From the IMG/VR virus record IMGVR_UViG_3300028822_000225, positions 1-55,818 of that record: DNA of 55,818 nucleotides. One strand, given 5' to 3'. Position 1 is the stretch's first letter. Each line of letters starts with the position of its first letter. Below the pieces are notes generated by a model. That model searched no databases. It was not told the origin of the DNA and saw only the letters and a list, made by a program, of their open reading frames with translations. A program made the position numbers and the translations under genes. The stretch is from a virus. Its lineage: Duplodnaviria > Caudoviricetes. This document shows positions 37,281 to 48,463 of this stretch, one piece after another.

Positions 37281-38747
37281 CTACCGAGACATTCCTATAG
37301 ATGTAGCGGTTCTAATATTAACTGCGTGTTTCACAGCCATAGCGAGAGTAATAAGTATATCATCATGTTGTGCGGTGGATAAAAATACCTGATTGTCACT
37401 TTCAGATTTCTTTCTCATAAACCCAATCGCTTGTTCTACCATAGTATCGGTAAGTTCTAATGCTTTTGCATCTCTCGGATGTCTTGGTATTCTAATTGAT
37501 TCGCTCTCAAAAACATTAGAAAGGGTTATAAGAAGTCCCTTTCTAGATTGATGGTCAAATTTCTGAAAAATTGTTGTACATCCGTTTGCTCTAAGTTGTC
37601 TAGCCACTTCGGTACCCACATTGTTTGGGTCTAATACTAATTTAACAGTTCTCCCATTCTGAAAAGTATTATACAATTCAAGGAGTCTATCTCTTTTAAA
37701 TGGAACAGGTTTCCCTTTCCAAATCTCTATATGTTTAATAGTTAAGATGTCATCTAATTTTTCTAATACAAGGAAACAGTCATAATCTGCTTTTGGCCCT
37801 TTACTAACAGCAAAGTCTCCGGCGATAAAATACTGTGCTTCAGGTCTAACTGAGTAATCAAATTTAAGGGATTCATCAAATCCTTTTGCTATAATATTAA
37901 CTGAGAATATAGCATCCTCCCCCTCGATTATATTACATTGATAAGTTAATTCGAATGCAGCATCCCCCATTGCTTGTCTTTCTCTAAGCAAATATTCTAC
38001 ACTAAAACGTTCGGGCCAATTAGAATAAACCTTGTTCTCGTCATAAGGAGGCTCCGCCCTAGTACCATCTTCATTAATAAGTGCAGGTGTTAGAAGGAAG
38101 GCATATCCTTGTGGTTTCCTAGCCTTAAGTTGACCAATAAGAAGGGTGGTTCCTTTTGTGGTACTTATTAAACAAATCTTACCTCCTGGGATTATACGGC
38201 TAGTCACTTCAGAAAAATATAAATCTGGGTTTTCGTATGTATCTGCTTCATCACAAATAATTAGGTCTGCACGATATGAACGAATATTAATATTATAAGG
38301 AACATTTGTTACAAGAGAATTGTCTACTAACTTAATTTGGGTTTTATTCCAAACAGTCTCCTTTTCTGGTTTAAATAATTTTTTTGTTAATTCATTTAGG
38401 TGAATATAGTGTTTGATTCTTTCAAGAAGATTTGTTTCCGCCTGTTTCATTGCTTTAGAAACCAATAGAACTTTTGCTCCAGGATGATTAAGAATATAAT
38501 ATAATGTGTAAGCTACTCCCACAATTTCTGTCTTTGAAAAACCTGCTGCTGATTCTATTACACTCGCTTTATTATTTTGTATAGTATAGAACCAATCCAT
38601 CTGGTATTTGTGTATCCCTCCAAATTCATTAATTTCTAGAAGCCTTTCACAAAAGAATTTGAAGTCTACCTTACACCTTAAAAGAAATTGAACATAAGAC
38701 ATATCTCCCAAAATATCTTCTTCTGTTTTATATAATCCTTTTTCCAT
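37281..38747 (-). CDS. terL: Terminase large subunit
   Basis: Variant Walker A (AAGFSKT), Walker B (LIICDEA), IST coupling motif, RNase H-like GDFA and HDD...LAMA. Confidence 0.92.
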   Translation of the reverse strand: MEKGLYKTEEDILGDMSYVQFLLRCKVDFKFFCERLLEINEFGGIHKYQMDWFYTIQNNKASVIESAAGFSKTEIVGVAYTLYYILNHPGAKVLLVSKAMKQAETNLLERIKHYIHLNELTKKLFKPEKETVWNKTQIKLVDNSLVTNVPYNINIRSYRADLIICDEADTYENPDLYFSEVTSRIIPGGKICLISTTKGTTLLIGQLKARKPQGYAFLLTPALINEDGTRAEPPYDENKVYSNWPERFSVEYLLRERQAMGDAAFELTYQCNIIEGEDAIFSVNIIAKGFDESLKFDYSVRPEAQYFIAGDFAVSKGPKADYDCFLVLEKLDDILTIKHIEIWKGKPVPFKRDRLLELYNTFQNGRTVKLVLDPNNVGTEVARQLRANGCTTIFQKFDHQSRKGLLITLSNVFESESIRIPRHPRDAKALELTDTMVEQAIGFMRKKSESDNQVFLSTAQHDDILITLAMAVKHAVNIRTATSIGMSR

Positions 38748-38944
38748 AATTCAATAGAATTTTACAGATTTATAAATGTTTATAAACTCACTCTAATCCT
38801 TCTTTCAAGACCAGATAGTTTTACTTTTGGACTACCTTTTCTTGCTGGTTCTAATCCACTTGTATGAGCATAACTCCCCCAATGACTTAAATAACTTCCG
38901 GTTAAAAGGAAATGTTTTTGTTTTTCTGTTATTTTTTTCTTTTT

Positions 38945-39130
38945 TCATTTTGGTATGTAAAGTCTTTTATAGTGATTGCATCCTTTTTCAAGACAATGTT
39001 CTGGACTTGTTGGAACTCCTTGATGGAATCCAAAGTCACAATAGTCTATATATCTTCCTTTTTCATCTTTCTTTGGTTTGAATTCAACCACTCTATTTTC
39101 TAATTTATTTAATTTTAATCGTTTAGCCAT
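38945..39130 (-). CDS. Small Cys/His protein
   Basis: YC...HQG...C...C.HY. Confidence 0.55.
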   Translation of the reverse strand: MAKRLKLNKLENRVVEFKPKKDEKGRYIDYCDFGFHQGVPTSPEHCLEKGCNHYKRLYIPK

Positions 39131-39852
39131 ATTTCATCCACGAGATAGTTAAATAACTCTCTCCAATTTTTAACTGTTGGAACACTTGAGGGTCTGTTTT
39201 TTCTATTGTAATCGCGGTCCATAAGGATTGGTTGTGTTGATAGACTCTTTCCCATAGTGTCAATCACATTTTCGAGATTATCTTCAACTAAATAATCTAA
39301 TTTTCTCTTTCTTGCTTCATCTCCTTTATTCCCTGAAAATATTATACATTGGTTTCTATCAAGTAATCCATCATCTTTGAGTCTTAGGAAAGTGTCTTCA
39401 GCATTTTGTTTGTGCCAATTTCGGTCTGTTATATAATATATTTGATTAGAACGGCTTAATTTTTTAATTAGGTTAATTGATTCTTCGTATTCAGGTATCC
39501 ATAAAAAAGGTCTATGTTGTGCAAATCTACAAAGGAGGCTCTTACTTTCTTCTTTTGAATCAATAAGGTCATACCTTTCTTCAAGATTGTATTTGTCTGG
39601 TCTTACTAAATCAGAACCATTATTCATTTTCAACCACTCTGAGAAAGGGGTTTCAAAATCATACACTACCCCATCTAAATCTAATCCAATTACTTTGTGT
39701 TTTTCTTCTTGTTTTCTTTTCATTTTCTCCTGATGCTTTTTAATCCTTCTTTTGTGGAAAGCCTTTAGCTTCTCTTCCAAGTTCTTCAAGTTTTGATTCA
39801 TCATAAACCTCAAACATATCATAGTGAAATTCTTTATAATAAGGACAATCAT
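39115..39852 (-). CDS. HAD-family 5'(3')-deoxyribonucleotidase (NT5C-like)
   Basis: GLDLDGVV, ITDR, K...DYLVEDN, YNR and V.NW.E motifs. The real start is probably about 39723. Confidence 0.85.
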   Translation of the reverse strand: MIVLIIKNFTMICLRFMMNQNLKNLEEKLKAFHKRRIKKHQEKMKRKQEEKHKVIGLDLDGVVYDFETPFSEWLKMNNGSDLVRPDKYNLEERYDLIDSKEESKSLLCRFAQHRPFLWIPEYEESINLIKKLSRSNQIYYITDRNWHKQNAEDTFLRLKDDGLLDRNQCIIFSGNKGDEARKRKLDYLVEDNLENVIDTMGKSLSTQPILMDRDYNRKNRPSSVPTVKNWRELFNYLVDEIWLND

Positions 39853-39961
39853 AATTGTTTGGGTGATTATCTGAGTAATCTTTAGTACAACCCTTACAGT
39901 AATTTAGAAATCTATTTAGGCAAGTCTTTTCCCTATCCATAAAAATTAAAGGGTTTTCCAT
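39740..39961 (-). CDS. Small Cys-rich protein
   Basis: C...YCKGC...HPNNYDCP.Y. Confidence 0.55.
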   Translation of the reverse strand: MENPLIFMDREKTCLNRFLNYCKGCTKDYSDNHPNNYDCPYYKEFHYDMFEVYDESKLEELGREAKGFPQKKD

Positions 39962-39974
39962 TTTATAAATGTTA

Positions 39975-40481
39975 TTATACTTCTTTATATGAAACTTTTA
40001 TTTTTCCTTTTTCCTTAAATTTAGATGCTATTAAGAATTTGGAGCAGTAATTATTGTTTAAGTAAAATAGGGCTTTTTCTTTTTCTTCTTTATCTAAGTA
40101 TCCATTCGTTTTACATTCTACGAATATTATTTCATAATGCTTATATACTAATTGTTCCCCATATTCTCCTTCTTCAAATTTACTTTTTAGTACCTTTTTT
40201 TGTAATATATAAGCGATAAAATCTGGAAACCCTGTTTGCATCATTCTAAACCTTCCTGGTTTAGCTGGAACGAGTTTTCCTATTTTCACTTCTTTACCTG
40301 TTATATCATAAACTTGATGTTCATATCCTGTTAGGTCTTTTTCTTTCTGTTTTATAAATTCCACATTATTACCCCAACGGCTAACTATCCAACCTTTTAA
40401 CTCAAGGTTTTCTCTAACTCTTCTTTCAAAGTCTGCTCCAGAGCGTTTATTTTTTTTTCCTTGTTTAACTTTATCTACCAT
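39975..40481 (-). CDS. Archaeal-type Holliday junction resolvase (Hjc-like)
   Basis: G..FER.V...LE..GW.V.R, GFPDFIA and FVECK motifs. Confidence 0.8.
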   Translation of the reverse strand: MVDKVKQGKKNKRSGADFERRVRENLELKGWIVSRWGNNVEFIKQKEKDLTGYEHQVYDITGKEVKIGKLVPAKPGRFRMMQTGFPDFIAYILQKKVLKSKFEEGEYGEQLVYKHYEIIFVECKTNGYLDKEEKEKALFYLNNNYCSKFLIASKFKEKGKIKVSYKEV

Positions 40482-40500
40482 TTTTTTAAATTCTTCAGGT

Positions 40501-40758
40501 TTATTTTTTATTTTGATTATGTTTCGAATATTCAGGATACTTATCGGCAGTTAATCTATCCCAAACATCAAGAGCAAGGTCTTCAAAAGCGAAATCAATA
40601 ACAGTTTTAGAAATACTCTCATTTTTTATTTTGGTGCCAATTTCACAAACCTTCCTTTTATTGTTTTTCTTTTTCAAATTAACATTTAATATAAGTTCAA
40701 GGTAGTACCCTTCATTAATTGATTCTTTAGGTGTTTTTCTTTTCATTTTCTTCCCCAT
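40501..40758 (-). CDS. Hypothetical protein
   Basis: ORF on the late strand. Confidence 0.5.
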   Translation of the reverse strand: MGKKMKRKTPKESINEGYYLELILNVNLKKKNNKRKVCEIGTKIKNESISKTVIDFAFEDLALDVWDRLTADKYPEYSKHNQNKK

Positions 40759-40805
40759 TATATTCTTTACCTGTTAGTTCTGGATTCTCAAATTTATTTC
40801 CTTAC

Positions 40806-41042
40806 TCATTTAAACACATTAACCTCCTCAATATCCTGATTAAGCATCTCAACTTCCTCATCATAATCAATTAGTATAAACTGTATACGTTTACCCGCAA
40901 ATATACTAGGTAAATTAATAACCCCCATACCTCTAGAATCTCTAACAACCTTACGGTCCAATAAGTAACCATACTTACCATCAATTCCTTTTAGTTTCTT
41001 AGGTTTGTTTTTTTTCCAAGGTCCTTTAGCCATAATATTCAC
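40806..41042 (-). CDS. DUF2080-like (AbrB-type) small protein
   Basis: RKVV......G.I.LP..FAGKR..I matches the archaeal DUF2080 pattern. A TTTAAAT box lies upstream. Confidence 0.6.
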   Translation of the reverse strand: MNIMAKGPWKKNKPKKLKGIDGKYGYLLDRKVVRDSRGMGVINLPSIFAGKRIQFILIDYDEEVEMLNQDIEEVNVFK

Positions 41043-41244
41043 TATACATACTCATTTAAATACTTTTCTCTAAACTCCCTAGTAGTATCATATGTATTTA
41101 AATCCTGATTTTGGTGTGTTTGCGGAGAAGGTAACACTAACCATTATTTTTCATAAGAGAGTAGTGACAAAATGAACCTTCTTTTTACTACTTACAAGTG
41201 TATAGGAACATTTATAAATAAGTTTTCATTAGTAAAAACAGAAC

Positions 41245-41298
41245 TTATAAAACTATAAGGTTATAACATTATAACTTTATAATATTATAAGTTTATAA
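41245..41298. repeat. Seven TTATAA hexamers at 8-bp period
   Basis: TTATAA-aa-CTATAA-gg-TTATAA-ca-TTATAA-ct-TTATAA-ta-TTATAA-gt-TTATAA. Confidence 0.9.
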
Positions 41299-41613
41299 CA
41301 CAGCTGGAATAAAAATAAATTTCATTTCAAAAAACCCACAGAGTAAAGACCATAAGGTTATTGTGGGTTTTATATTTTCCACTGGAAATAAAGGTATATG
41401 TAAAAAGTCAATTTGCCCACAGGTAAAAACTCTAAATACATATGAGATTGCCTTATAAAAAAAATAATCTCCACAAGAAATAAAGGTATAGGTAATAAAT
41501 AAATACATATGAGTTTGCCTTTGTAAAGAAAAAAAAGAGGGTTTTTATAACTCCACCCCGAGCAACACAAAAATAAGAAAAATAAATATTCAAATAAAAA
41601 AAAATATAATAAA

Positions 41614-41913
41614 ATGAGATTGAAAAAACTAAAACAACAAAAGAATAAAGAACAAAAAGAGAAGAATTTTATTTCTTATGATGATTACTCAAGAAGGCTT
41701 AATTTATTTAATCAAGTTAATGTTTATTATAAAAGGAGTTTATTTAAGTTTTATAGTGGGTTATGTTGTTTATTTATTGGAATTATTCCCAATGGTTTGG
41801 GTTTTATTTTTTATCCTTTAGGTTTTTATCTTCTTAATATTAATAAGAAAGATGTTTATAGTAAGATTTATCTTTATAGAATTAAATTTAAATATGGATT
41901 TAAGATCATATGA
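41614..41913 (+). CDS. Membrane protein
   Basis: Hydrophobic GLCCLFIGIIPNGLGFIFYPLGF segment. Confidence 0.55.
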   Translation: MRLKKLKQQKNKEQKEKNFISYDDYSRRLNLFNQVNVYYKRSLFKFYSGLCCLFIGIIPNGLGFIFYPLGFYLLNINKKDVYSKIYLYRIKFKYGFKII

Positions 41914-42502
41914 GTTTATGGTATTTGTTTATAAAATGGTTAATGTTATTTTAAAAAATATTGATAAAATTAAAAGTTATAATGTTATAGGATTATATTA
42001 TTATAATGTTATAATTTTATTTAAACTCGTATGTAGTTACAAATATTTAAATAGTAGTGGTGCTTTAATATAATATGAAACAAGAACAGATAATAAATAA
42101 AATGATTAATTCAGAAATAGAGTTTGATCTTAAAATGAACTATGTGCTTATAGTTTATTATAGGAATGGTTTAAGGTTTAAATATGTTAATAAGGAGTGT
42201 TTAAAATGATGATTGAAAAAAGGTTTAAATCTTATAATGATTATTTAAATTTTTTGTATTCTTTTAAAAGGATAGAGGTATTAAGTAGATTTGATATAAA
42301 TAAAAAAGAGTATGTAGTCCTTTATGAGGAGGGTTTAAAATGAGTTATAAAATAATAAATGATACAGAAGCATTAATGACTAAAATAGATGATTTAATAA
42401 TTGATATTGAAGATTTGAGATATAATAAAAACTATTCTGAAGTTGCTTGTAATGTTAAAGGGTTTATATTTGATATTTTAAGAGAAATGAAAGGGGGTTT
42501 AA

Positions 42503-42925
42503 GTGAGAATGATATATGAGGAAATAGACGAAAGTCTTTTTATAAGTCGTTTTGAGGATTTTAAAAGGGTTGAAACAGATGAGAAGGGTGGAAACTTTAC
42601 TTATAAGGGTTTAAGATATTTATTTAATTATCTTGATGATTTAAGTGAAGACACAGACGAAAATATACAGCTTGATGTAATTGCTTTATGTTGTGATTTT
42701 TCAGAATATAAAGACATTAAAGAGTATTTAAGGGATTATGGAAACCAACACGAGGTCCTTAAAAAAGAAATTGAAAACCTTAAAGATACTTTTGAAGAGA
42801 AAACAAAAAAAGAAAACCTCTTAAAAGACCTTTACAGCAGGTTAGAAGAAGAAATAAACGAGAAAACAACACTTATAAAGTTTTCAGACGATTTGAACGA
42901 GGGCTTTATAATTGGGAGTTATTAA
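42503..42925 (+). CDS. Conserved phage early protein
   Basis: F...R..NFTY.GL..LF.YL...LDVIALCCDF.E recalls a widespread phage hypothetical family. Confidence 0.7.
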   Translation: MRMIYEEIDESLFISRFEDFKRVETDEKGGNFTYKGLRYLFNYLDDLSEDTDENIQLDVIALCCDFSEYKDIKEYLRDYGNQHEVLKKEIENLKDTFEEKTKKENLLKDLYSRLEEEINEKTTLIKFSDDLNEGFIIGSY

Positions 42926-42972
42926 TTTTTATTTTTTTTATTTTTTTTATTTTTTTTATTTTTTTTATTTTG
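42925..42972 (+). terminator. Oligo-T repeat tract
   Basis: (T5-8 A)n directly after the stop codon. Confidence 0.55.
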
Positions 42973-43026
42973 TCTTTTATCCTAAGACATAAAACAAGGA
43001 TAGAATTAAACAAGGAGTTTAAAAAA

Positions 43027-45556
43027 ATGGAATTGAACGAGATAGACCAACAAGAGATAGCAAGACTTATAACAGAAGGAAATACGAGTGGGATTTTAGA
43101 TGATGAAGGGGGTTATCGTATTGTATGGGATTTAAAGGTTAATAAGTTTAAAGATTAAAGTAACGAAGAAGTGATTACAAAACTTTAAGTAATATAAGGT
43201 TATAAGAATAGATGGAATTAGAAGAAAAAATTAAGGGATTGACTAAAATAGTCAGGAAATTAAATAATGAAATGGTTAGAGTGACACCTTATTGTATTAA
43301 GGATTATTCTAATTGTTTTAAAGACAGGGAATGTTTTTATTATAGGGAATACAAATGGGAATGCAAAAAGAATTTAGTTTAAAGAGCTGTAATAATTGTA
43401 ATAGGTTAGTTCGTAGGAGTTGGAGATTTAGGGGGGAATTTCTGTGCTATTGGTGTTACCATAAGAAATTAAGGGAATTTCATAAGGAGATTGAAGGGGA
43501 AATAGAAGGAAAAATATCAAAACATTTTCCTGAACCAAAACTTTGTGGAGAATGTAAAAAGATTCTCTCAGATCAGGTTAAAAGTGGCTTATGTAGAGAG
43601 TGTTATCAGAGAGAATACAATAAGAAAAAGAAGGAGAGAAAACTATAACTCTATAAAATTGTAACTAATCAGTGGTGAGATAAATATATAAATGAGTATG
43701 TATTTAATATATCATATTAAATTAGGAGGATTTAAAATGAAACAAAAAAAACGACGAGAACCTGCATACAGCAGAAAAATAGGTAAGTTACTTACTGAAG
43801 ATAAAATTAAATATAGAGGAAACTCTGACAATTTAAAGGCAGAAATGTCTATTATGCCTAATTTGTCTGTAACTATTGCTTAAAATGGAAGTAGAATTAA
43901 GTAGTATATCTATGAAGATGTCAGATTTTAGGGTCTGTGAGGATTGTGGTAGCTTTAACTTCTATGAAAATGATGTATGTAGTAGATGTTTTAGTGAGAA
44001 CGAAGACGGGAAAGCACACTTTAGAGAAGTTACTGACGAAGATATAAGTAATGAATATAACTTTTGGATAGATGAAGAAGGTTATACAGAGGAAGAAGCA
44101 GATAACTTACTTGTGGAGGTTTAAAATGGGACATATAGCAGAAATGTATTTTGATATAGAAGAATGCCCTTATTGTAAGGGAACTAAATTAAAGGCGATT
44201 ATAACTAAAACAGATATTGCTTATTTTGATGATGGAAAGTATTGGATTGATGAGATGGAGAGTGATTTTCCAGATGATGTAAGTATAATTTGTTGTGATT
44301 GTAACAAGGAGATAGAAAATGAAAAAGATATTTAATGTAGATATAGTTTATGAAGGTAGTCAATCTGAACTTATGGATGATTTAAATTCCTTAGATGGAA
44401 TTATTAAATTTGAGATTGTTTTAGAGGAGGATTATTGAAAATGAAATGTCTGAAATGTAAGAAAGATATTAACTATTTATTAGTTAGTTTTGTAAAACAC
44501 CACGATGGAACTCTAAGTATTGATGAGTATGGATTTGAGGAATATGAGGAAGAACCAGCTATTCAGGATTGGGAGGAAGAAAAATACTTTTGTCCAGAAT
44601 GTGATGAATTGCTTTTTGAATGTGGTGATGAAGCAATAAATTTTTTGAAAGGGGAGAAAAATGACGAAAGCACAGATTGATGACCTTTTTTGTGAGTGTG
44701 ATAATTGTTTTAAGGAAACTCAAGAGAATATTAACCTGACAGGAGAGGAAAGGAATTTTTTAATTGGTTTGCTTGAAGAAACGAGAAATAAATTTGATGT
44801 TGGTGAGATACTTGACTATTCTCATATAGTTAAGGACTTGCTTGATAAGTTGTATTTATAAAATGGAATATGAAGTAGAATTTGTAGGTCACCATATAAT
44901 TGATGTGGAAGCTAAAAGTCCAGAGGAAGCAGAGGAGAAAGCCATAAAAGAATTTGGTGGGTTTGACCGATTTGATGTAAATGTGAATGAGATAGGAAAT
45001 GAAACCGAATGAGATTATACCCAAAAATATTAAAGTTAATGTGTATTGGGTATTAGATGAAGAAGATAATATCGTATTTGATTTTGACCTTATGAGAGAG
45101 GAATTTGAAAGTAAATTGAAAGATTTAAAGAGTCTTGCTGGGGGGGTTAAATTGGAGGGATATGCAAATGGATAAAGAACCACTAAAAAGAACCTTAAAG
45201 AAAGCACAGGATTTAATTAAAAAACATCCTATTGATTTTTTTGAGATAAGCGAAGGTAGAGATGATAAAATGGTTGAAATCAAGATAAGAATTGATTTAA
45301 AATAAAAGGATTTAAAAAAATGGATAGAGAATTTGAAGAGTTATATAACTTATATCTTGAAGAGTGGTATAAAAATCACTCGGAAGGAGAACCCGCCTGT
45401 TATGAGGAGTGGGTTGATAATGAACTAAATGATTTAAGGGGGAGGTATAGAAGATACCTTAAAGAAGCTGTCTTGGAAGATAAAGACTTTGATGAAGCTA
45501 TGGTTGAAGATTTTTATACCTTTTGTGAGGAAGAGATAACAGACCCTATTTGGTAA
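43027..45556 (+). other. Cluster of small early ORFs, several with CxxC zinc ribbons
   Basis: Track ORFs 42970 (likely start 43027), 43355, 43876, 44072, 44435, 44661 and 45320, plus short ORFs under 60 aa such as one at about 44863. Several have GGAGG/GGAG-TTTAAAATG starts. Confidence 0.65.
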
Positions 45557-45658
45557 AATGGATGAATTTGAATTAATAGATGTGGAACTTCGTGACAAGA
45601 AAGTAGAACAAGAAGTTGAAGAAGAATTAAAACAAATAGAAAGGGAGTTTATAGGAAA

Positions 45659-46276
45659 ATGAAAAAAACACACACAAGACAAAAACTTGAAGATAAGAAA
45701 ATTATCAATCAAAGGATTGAGGAGTTGAAGAAAGAATTTAAGAAATTTACTTCAAACAGGATAGGAGAGATGTATAAAATATTAAGTAAGATTGTTGAGA
45801 TTAGGAAACAGGAAAACCGAAGATATGCTCCTCGTTCTTTAGAATGGGAGAAAGACCTTAATCTAAATTCTATGCAAATTAGATATATCTTTTCTTACCA
45901 ATACATTTCAGGTATGTCTGAAAGATTGATAGAAGAAGGGAAAATCACAGACACAGCGGTATGTTGTCTTATTTATAGATTTAGTTTCTTAAAAGAACCC
46001 CAATGGCAAAATCGTATGGTTCAAAAATATCTAAATAAAGAGATAAGGATTTCTGAAAGTGCGGAGATGGGTGTTAATGAACTAAAAGATTTTCTTTTGG
46101 GAAAAAAGATAATCAGAAAAGATGATAAATATATTCTTACTGCAACAAAAACACTTCGTTCTATGTCATCTCGTCTAAGAAAAAAACAAGATGTCTTAAA
46201 GAAATCTAAACACAAAAAATCACTATTATATCAAATAAATGAACTAAAGAGAGAAGTGGAAGGATATTTGAAATGA
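45659..46276 (+). CDS. Basic helical hypothetical protein
   Basis: 205-aa ORF coupled to the next gene. Confidence 0.7.
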   Translation: MKKTHTRQKLEDKKIINQRIEELKKEFKKFTSNRIGEMYKILSKIVEIRKQENRRYAPRSLEWEKDLNLNSMQIRYIFSYQYISGMSERLIEEGKITDTAVCCLIYRFSFLKEPQWQNRMVQKYLNKEIRISESAEMGVNELKDFLLGKKIIRKDDKYILTATKTLRSMSSRLRKKQDVLKKSKHKKSLLYQINELKREVEGYLK

Positions 46277-46554
46277 AATATACAACAATCGCAGTTATGC
46301 CAGAAGTGAAAGAGAAATTTGAGAAGTTTAAGGATTTCTTACGAAGTGAAAAAAAGGTGTCAGATAGCCAATTTGTTGATTTCCTTATAGAAAGTAATCT
46401 AAAATATTCTGAATATCTATTCAAATTGAAAGAAGAGGGATGGAAGAAAGAATATACAGACCTTTGTATGAAGGAAACACCTCAAATTAGTTATACTGAT
46501 TTTCGTTTAAATAAAATTAAGGAGGAATTGTCTGATGGAAGAAGTAATCAATAA
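46273..46554 (+). CDS. RHH-like protein
   Basis: YTTIAV..EVKEK...SDSQFV..LI. Confidence 0.6.
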   Translation: MKYTTIAVMPEVKEKFEKFKDFLRSEKKVSDSQFVDFLIESNLKYSEYLFKLKEEGWKKEYTDLCMKETPQISYTDFRLNKIKEELSDGRSNQ

Positions 46555-47050
46555 GACAGAAAACCCTGACTCTATTGAATGGAGATTGACAACAGGGAAA
46601 AGTGTTAAAGTGTATGGAGATGCAAATAAACCTGAAGAATTTAAACAAAAACTTCAGAATGCAATAAATATACTAAAACAATTTGAGGAAGAAAAATGAT
46701 AGATTATAGGGTTTGTATGTGGGCATTCATAATAATTTGGATACTTACTGCATATCTTTTAATTAGGAGGATTGAGGAAGTAAAGAAACTTAAAGAACTT
46801 CTTGGTTTTGAAGAGGGGCTTGAGTTGAAATACAAATGAGAGAAATAGAACAAAGAGTTGAGATACTTGAACAACAGGTATGGAATTTAATTAAAGCATT
46901 AAATAGTATGTCTAAGGTTGAGTTATCTCTATCTGCAAGACTTAGGAAACTTGAAAATGAACGAACTAAATGAAGCAATACAAGAAATATTTGATAGTAT
47001 TCAAGACATAGATATGAAAGAAAATCTTAGAAAAGATTGGGAGAAATTAA

Positions 47051-47335
47051 ATGGTAAGTGAAACAAGTAGAGAAGCATTTAGAGAACTTGATAAGGAAAC
47101 AAGACAGATAGAAGTGCTTAGAGCATTAAGAGAGATACAACCCGCTAACAATAAGATGATTGCAAAGAAACTTTTTTTGGGTATTAATCAAGTTACTCCA
47201 AGAATATACGAACTAAGAAATCAGAAGAAGTTTGTAACATTTAGTCATAAAGATAAGTGTCCTTACACTCTAAAAAATAGTATGTTTTGGAAATTAACTA
47301 AATTGGGAGAGGATAGATTAGATGGAGATAAATAA
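47051..47335 (+). CDS. Winged-helix protein
   Basis: ETSREAF, NKMIAKKL..GINQVTPRIYEL. Confidence 0.75.
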   Translation: MVSETSREAFRELDKETRQIEVLRALREIQPANNKMIAKKLFLGINQVTPRIYELRNQKKFVTFSHKDKCPYTLKNSMFWKLTKLGEDRLDGDK

Positions 47336-47519
47336 AACACATAAACAATTCTATTTGAAGGGTGTTGAGGATTTTAGTAATTTTTTTATAAATATGGTTC
47401 CTGAGCCTGATAAAGAATCTCTAAAAAATCTTATTTCTGCTATAAAAGAACAACTTGAAAGGAATATTAATCTAATAATAGAATTAAATAAAACCCAAAA
47501 CAAGAATGAAAATCAGTAA
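47322..47519 (+). CDS. Hypothetical protein
   Basis: Overlaps both neighbours. Confidence 0.5.
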   Translation: MEINKTHKQFYLKGVEDFSNFFINMVPEPDKESLKNLISAIKEQLERNINLIIELNKTQNKNENQ

Positions 47520-48126
47520 ATTATTTGATAAGCCAAAGATAATAGGAATATGCTCGGATGTTAATAGTGGGAAGTCTAATCTAATCTATTACCTAATTTC
47601 AAAACTAAGGAAATACTATGATTTTGACCTTTTTACTTATGGTCTTAGGTTTAATATAAATGATAATAAAATATACTCTATTGAGGAACTTGAGGAGATT
47701 CGTAATTCAGTAGTCTTTATAGATGAATTTTTTTCTCTTTTTGATTTGGAAGATAGGAAGAAAGCCAAATTAATAGAAAGAACTATTAGGTTGATTAATC
47801 ACAATAACAACATATTAGTTCTTTGTGGATTGCCTGAAAACTTTAGGAAGTTTATAAGCAATAAACTTGATGCAGTGTTTTTTGGTAAATCAACTCTTGG
47901 AGATTTCATTAATGGTAGCCGTCTGAAACAGATTTGTTTAAGTTATAAAGGAAATGAGTTGGGTTCTACCAAGTTAAATCTGTCTAAAGGAGAGGTTATT
48001 TTCTTTAATAGGAGTTATGAAAAAGTTAATATCCCTTATTTGCCTCAATATGATAGCAAGAAAGATAATGAACCTATCTTAAAATGTGCAAAAAAATGTT
48101 CCAAAAAAAATGTGCAAAAAAAATAA
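47506..48126 (+). CDS. P-loop ATPase (small, Zot/AAA-like)
   Basis: Walker A IIGICSDVNSGKS and Walker B VVFIDE. Confidence 0.8.
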   Translation: MKISKLFDKPKIIGICSDVNSGKSNLIYYLISKLRKYYDFDLFTYGLRFNINDNKIYSIEELEEIRNSVVFIDEFFSLFDLEDRKKAKLIERTIRLINHNNNILVLCGLPENFRKFISNKLDAVFFGKSTLGDFINGSRLKQICLSYKGNELGSTKLNLSKGEVIFFNRSYEKVNIPYLPQYDSKKDNEPILKCAKKCSKKNVQKK

Positions 48127-48159
48127 GGTAAAAAAAATGTGCTAAAAAGGTGCAAAAAG

Positions 48160-48459
48160 ATGAAAACACTGGATATTGAAAAATTAAAGGAGAAAGCAAA
48201 TAGTTTTGAAAGAAAACCAAGTGGGAAGATTAAAGATTCTATTCTCAGAGCAAGGAGGATACTTAAAATCCTTGAAAGAGATAACTTCTCTTGTGTAGAA
48301 TGTGGAAAAAATACTAAATTAACTATTGACCACATAGAAAAGAATAAATTTAAAAGATATGGAAAATCTTGTTATTATAAAATAAACGAATGTCAGACAC
48401 TCTGTTCGGAATGTCATACAAAAAAGAATATAAAAATAAAGTTACTAATTAGTAACTAA
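48160..48459 (+). CDS. HNH endonuclease
   Basis: RDNFSCVECG, LTIDHI and N.CQTLCSECH..K. The ATG at 48160 is preferred over the track start at 48139. Confidence 0.88.
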   Translation: MKTLDIEKLKEKANSFERKPSGKIKDSILRARRILKILERDNFSCVECGKNTKLTIDHIEKNKFKRYGKSCYYKINECQTLCSECHTKKNIKIKLLISN

Positions 48460-48463
48460 TTAG

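Noticed and set aside
41293-41570. Minus-strand ORFs 41293..41508 and 41370..41570
   Set aside because: They have low-complexity F/Y/I composition across a repeat-bearing region that is probably non-coding.
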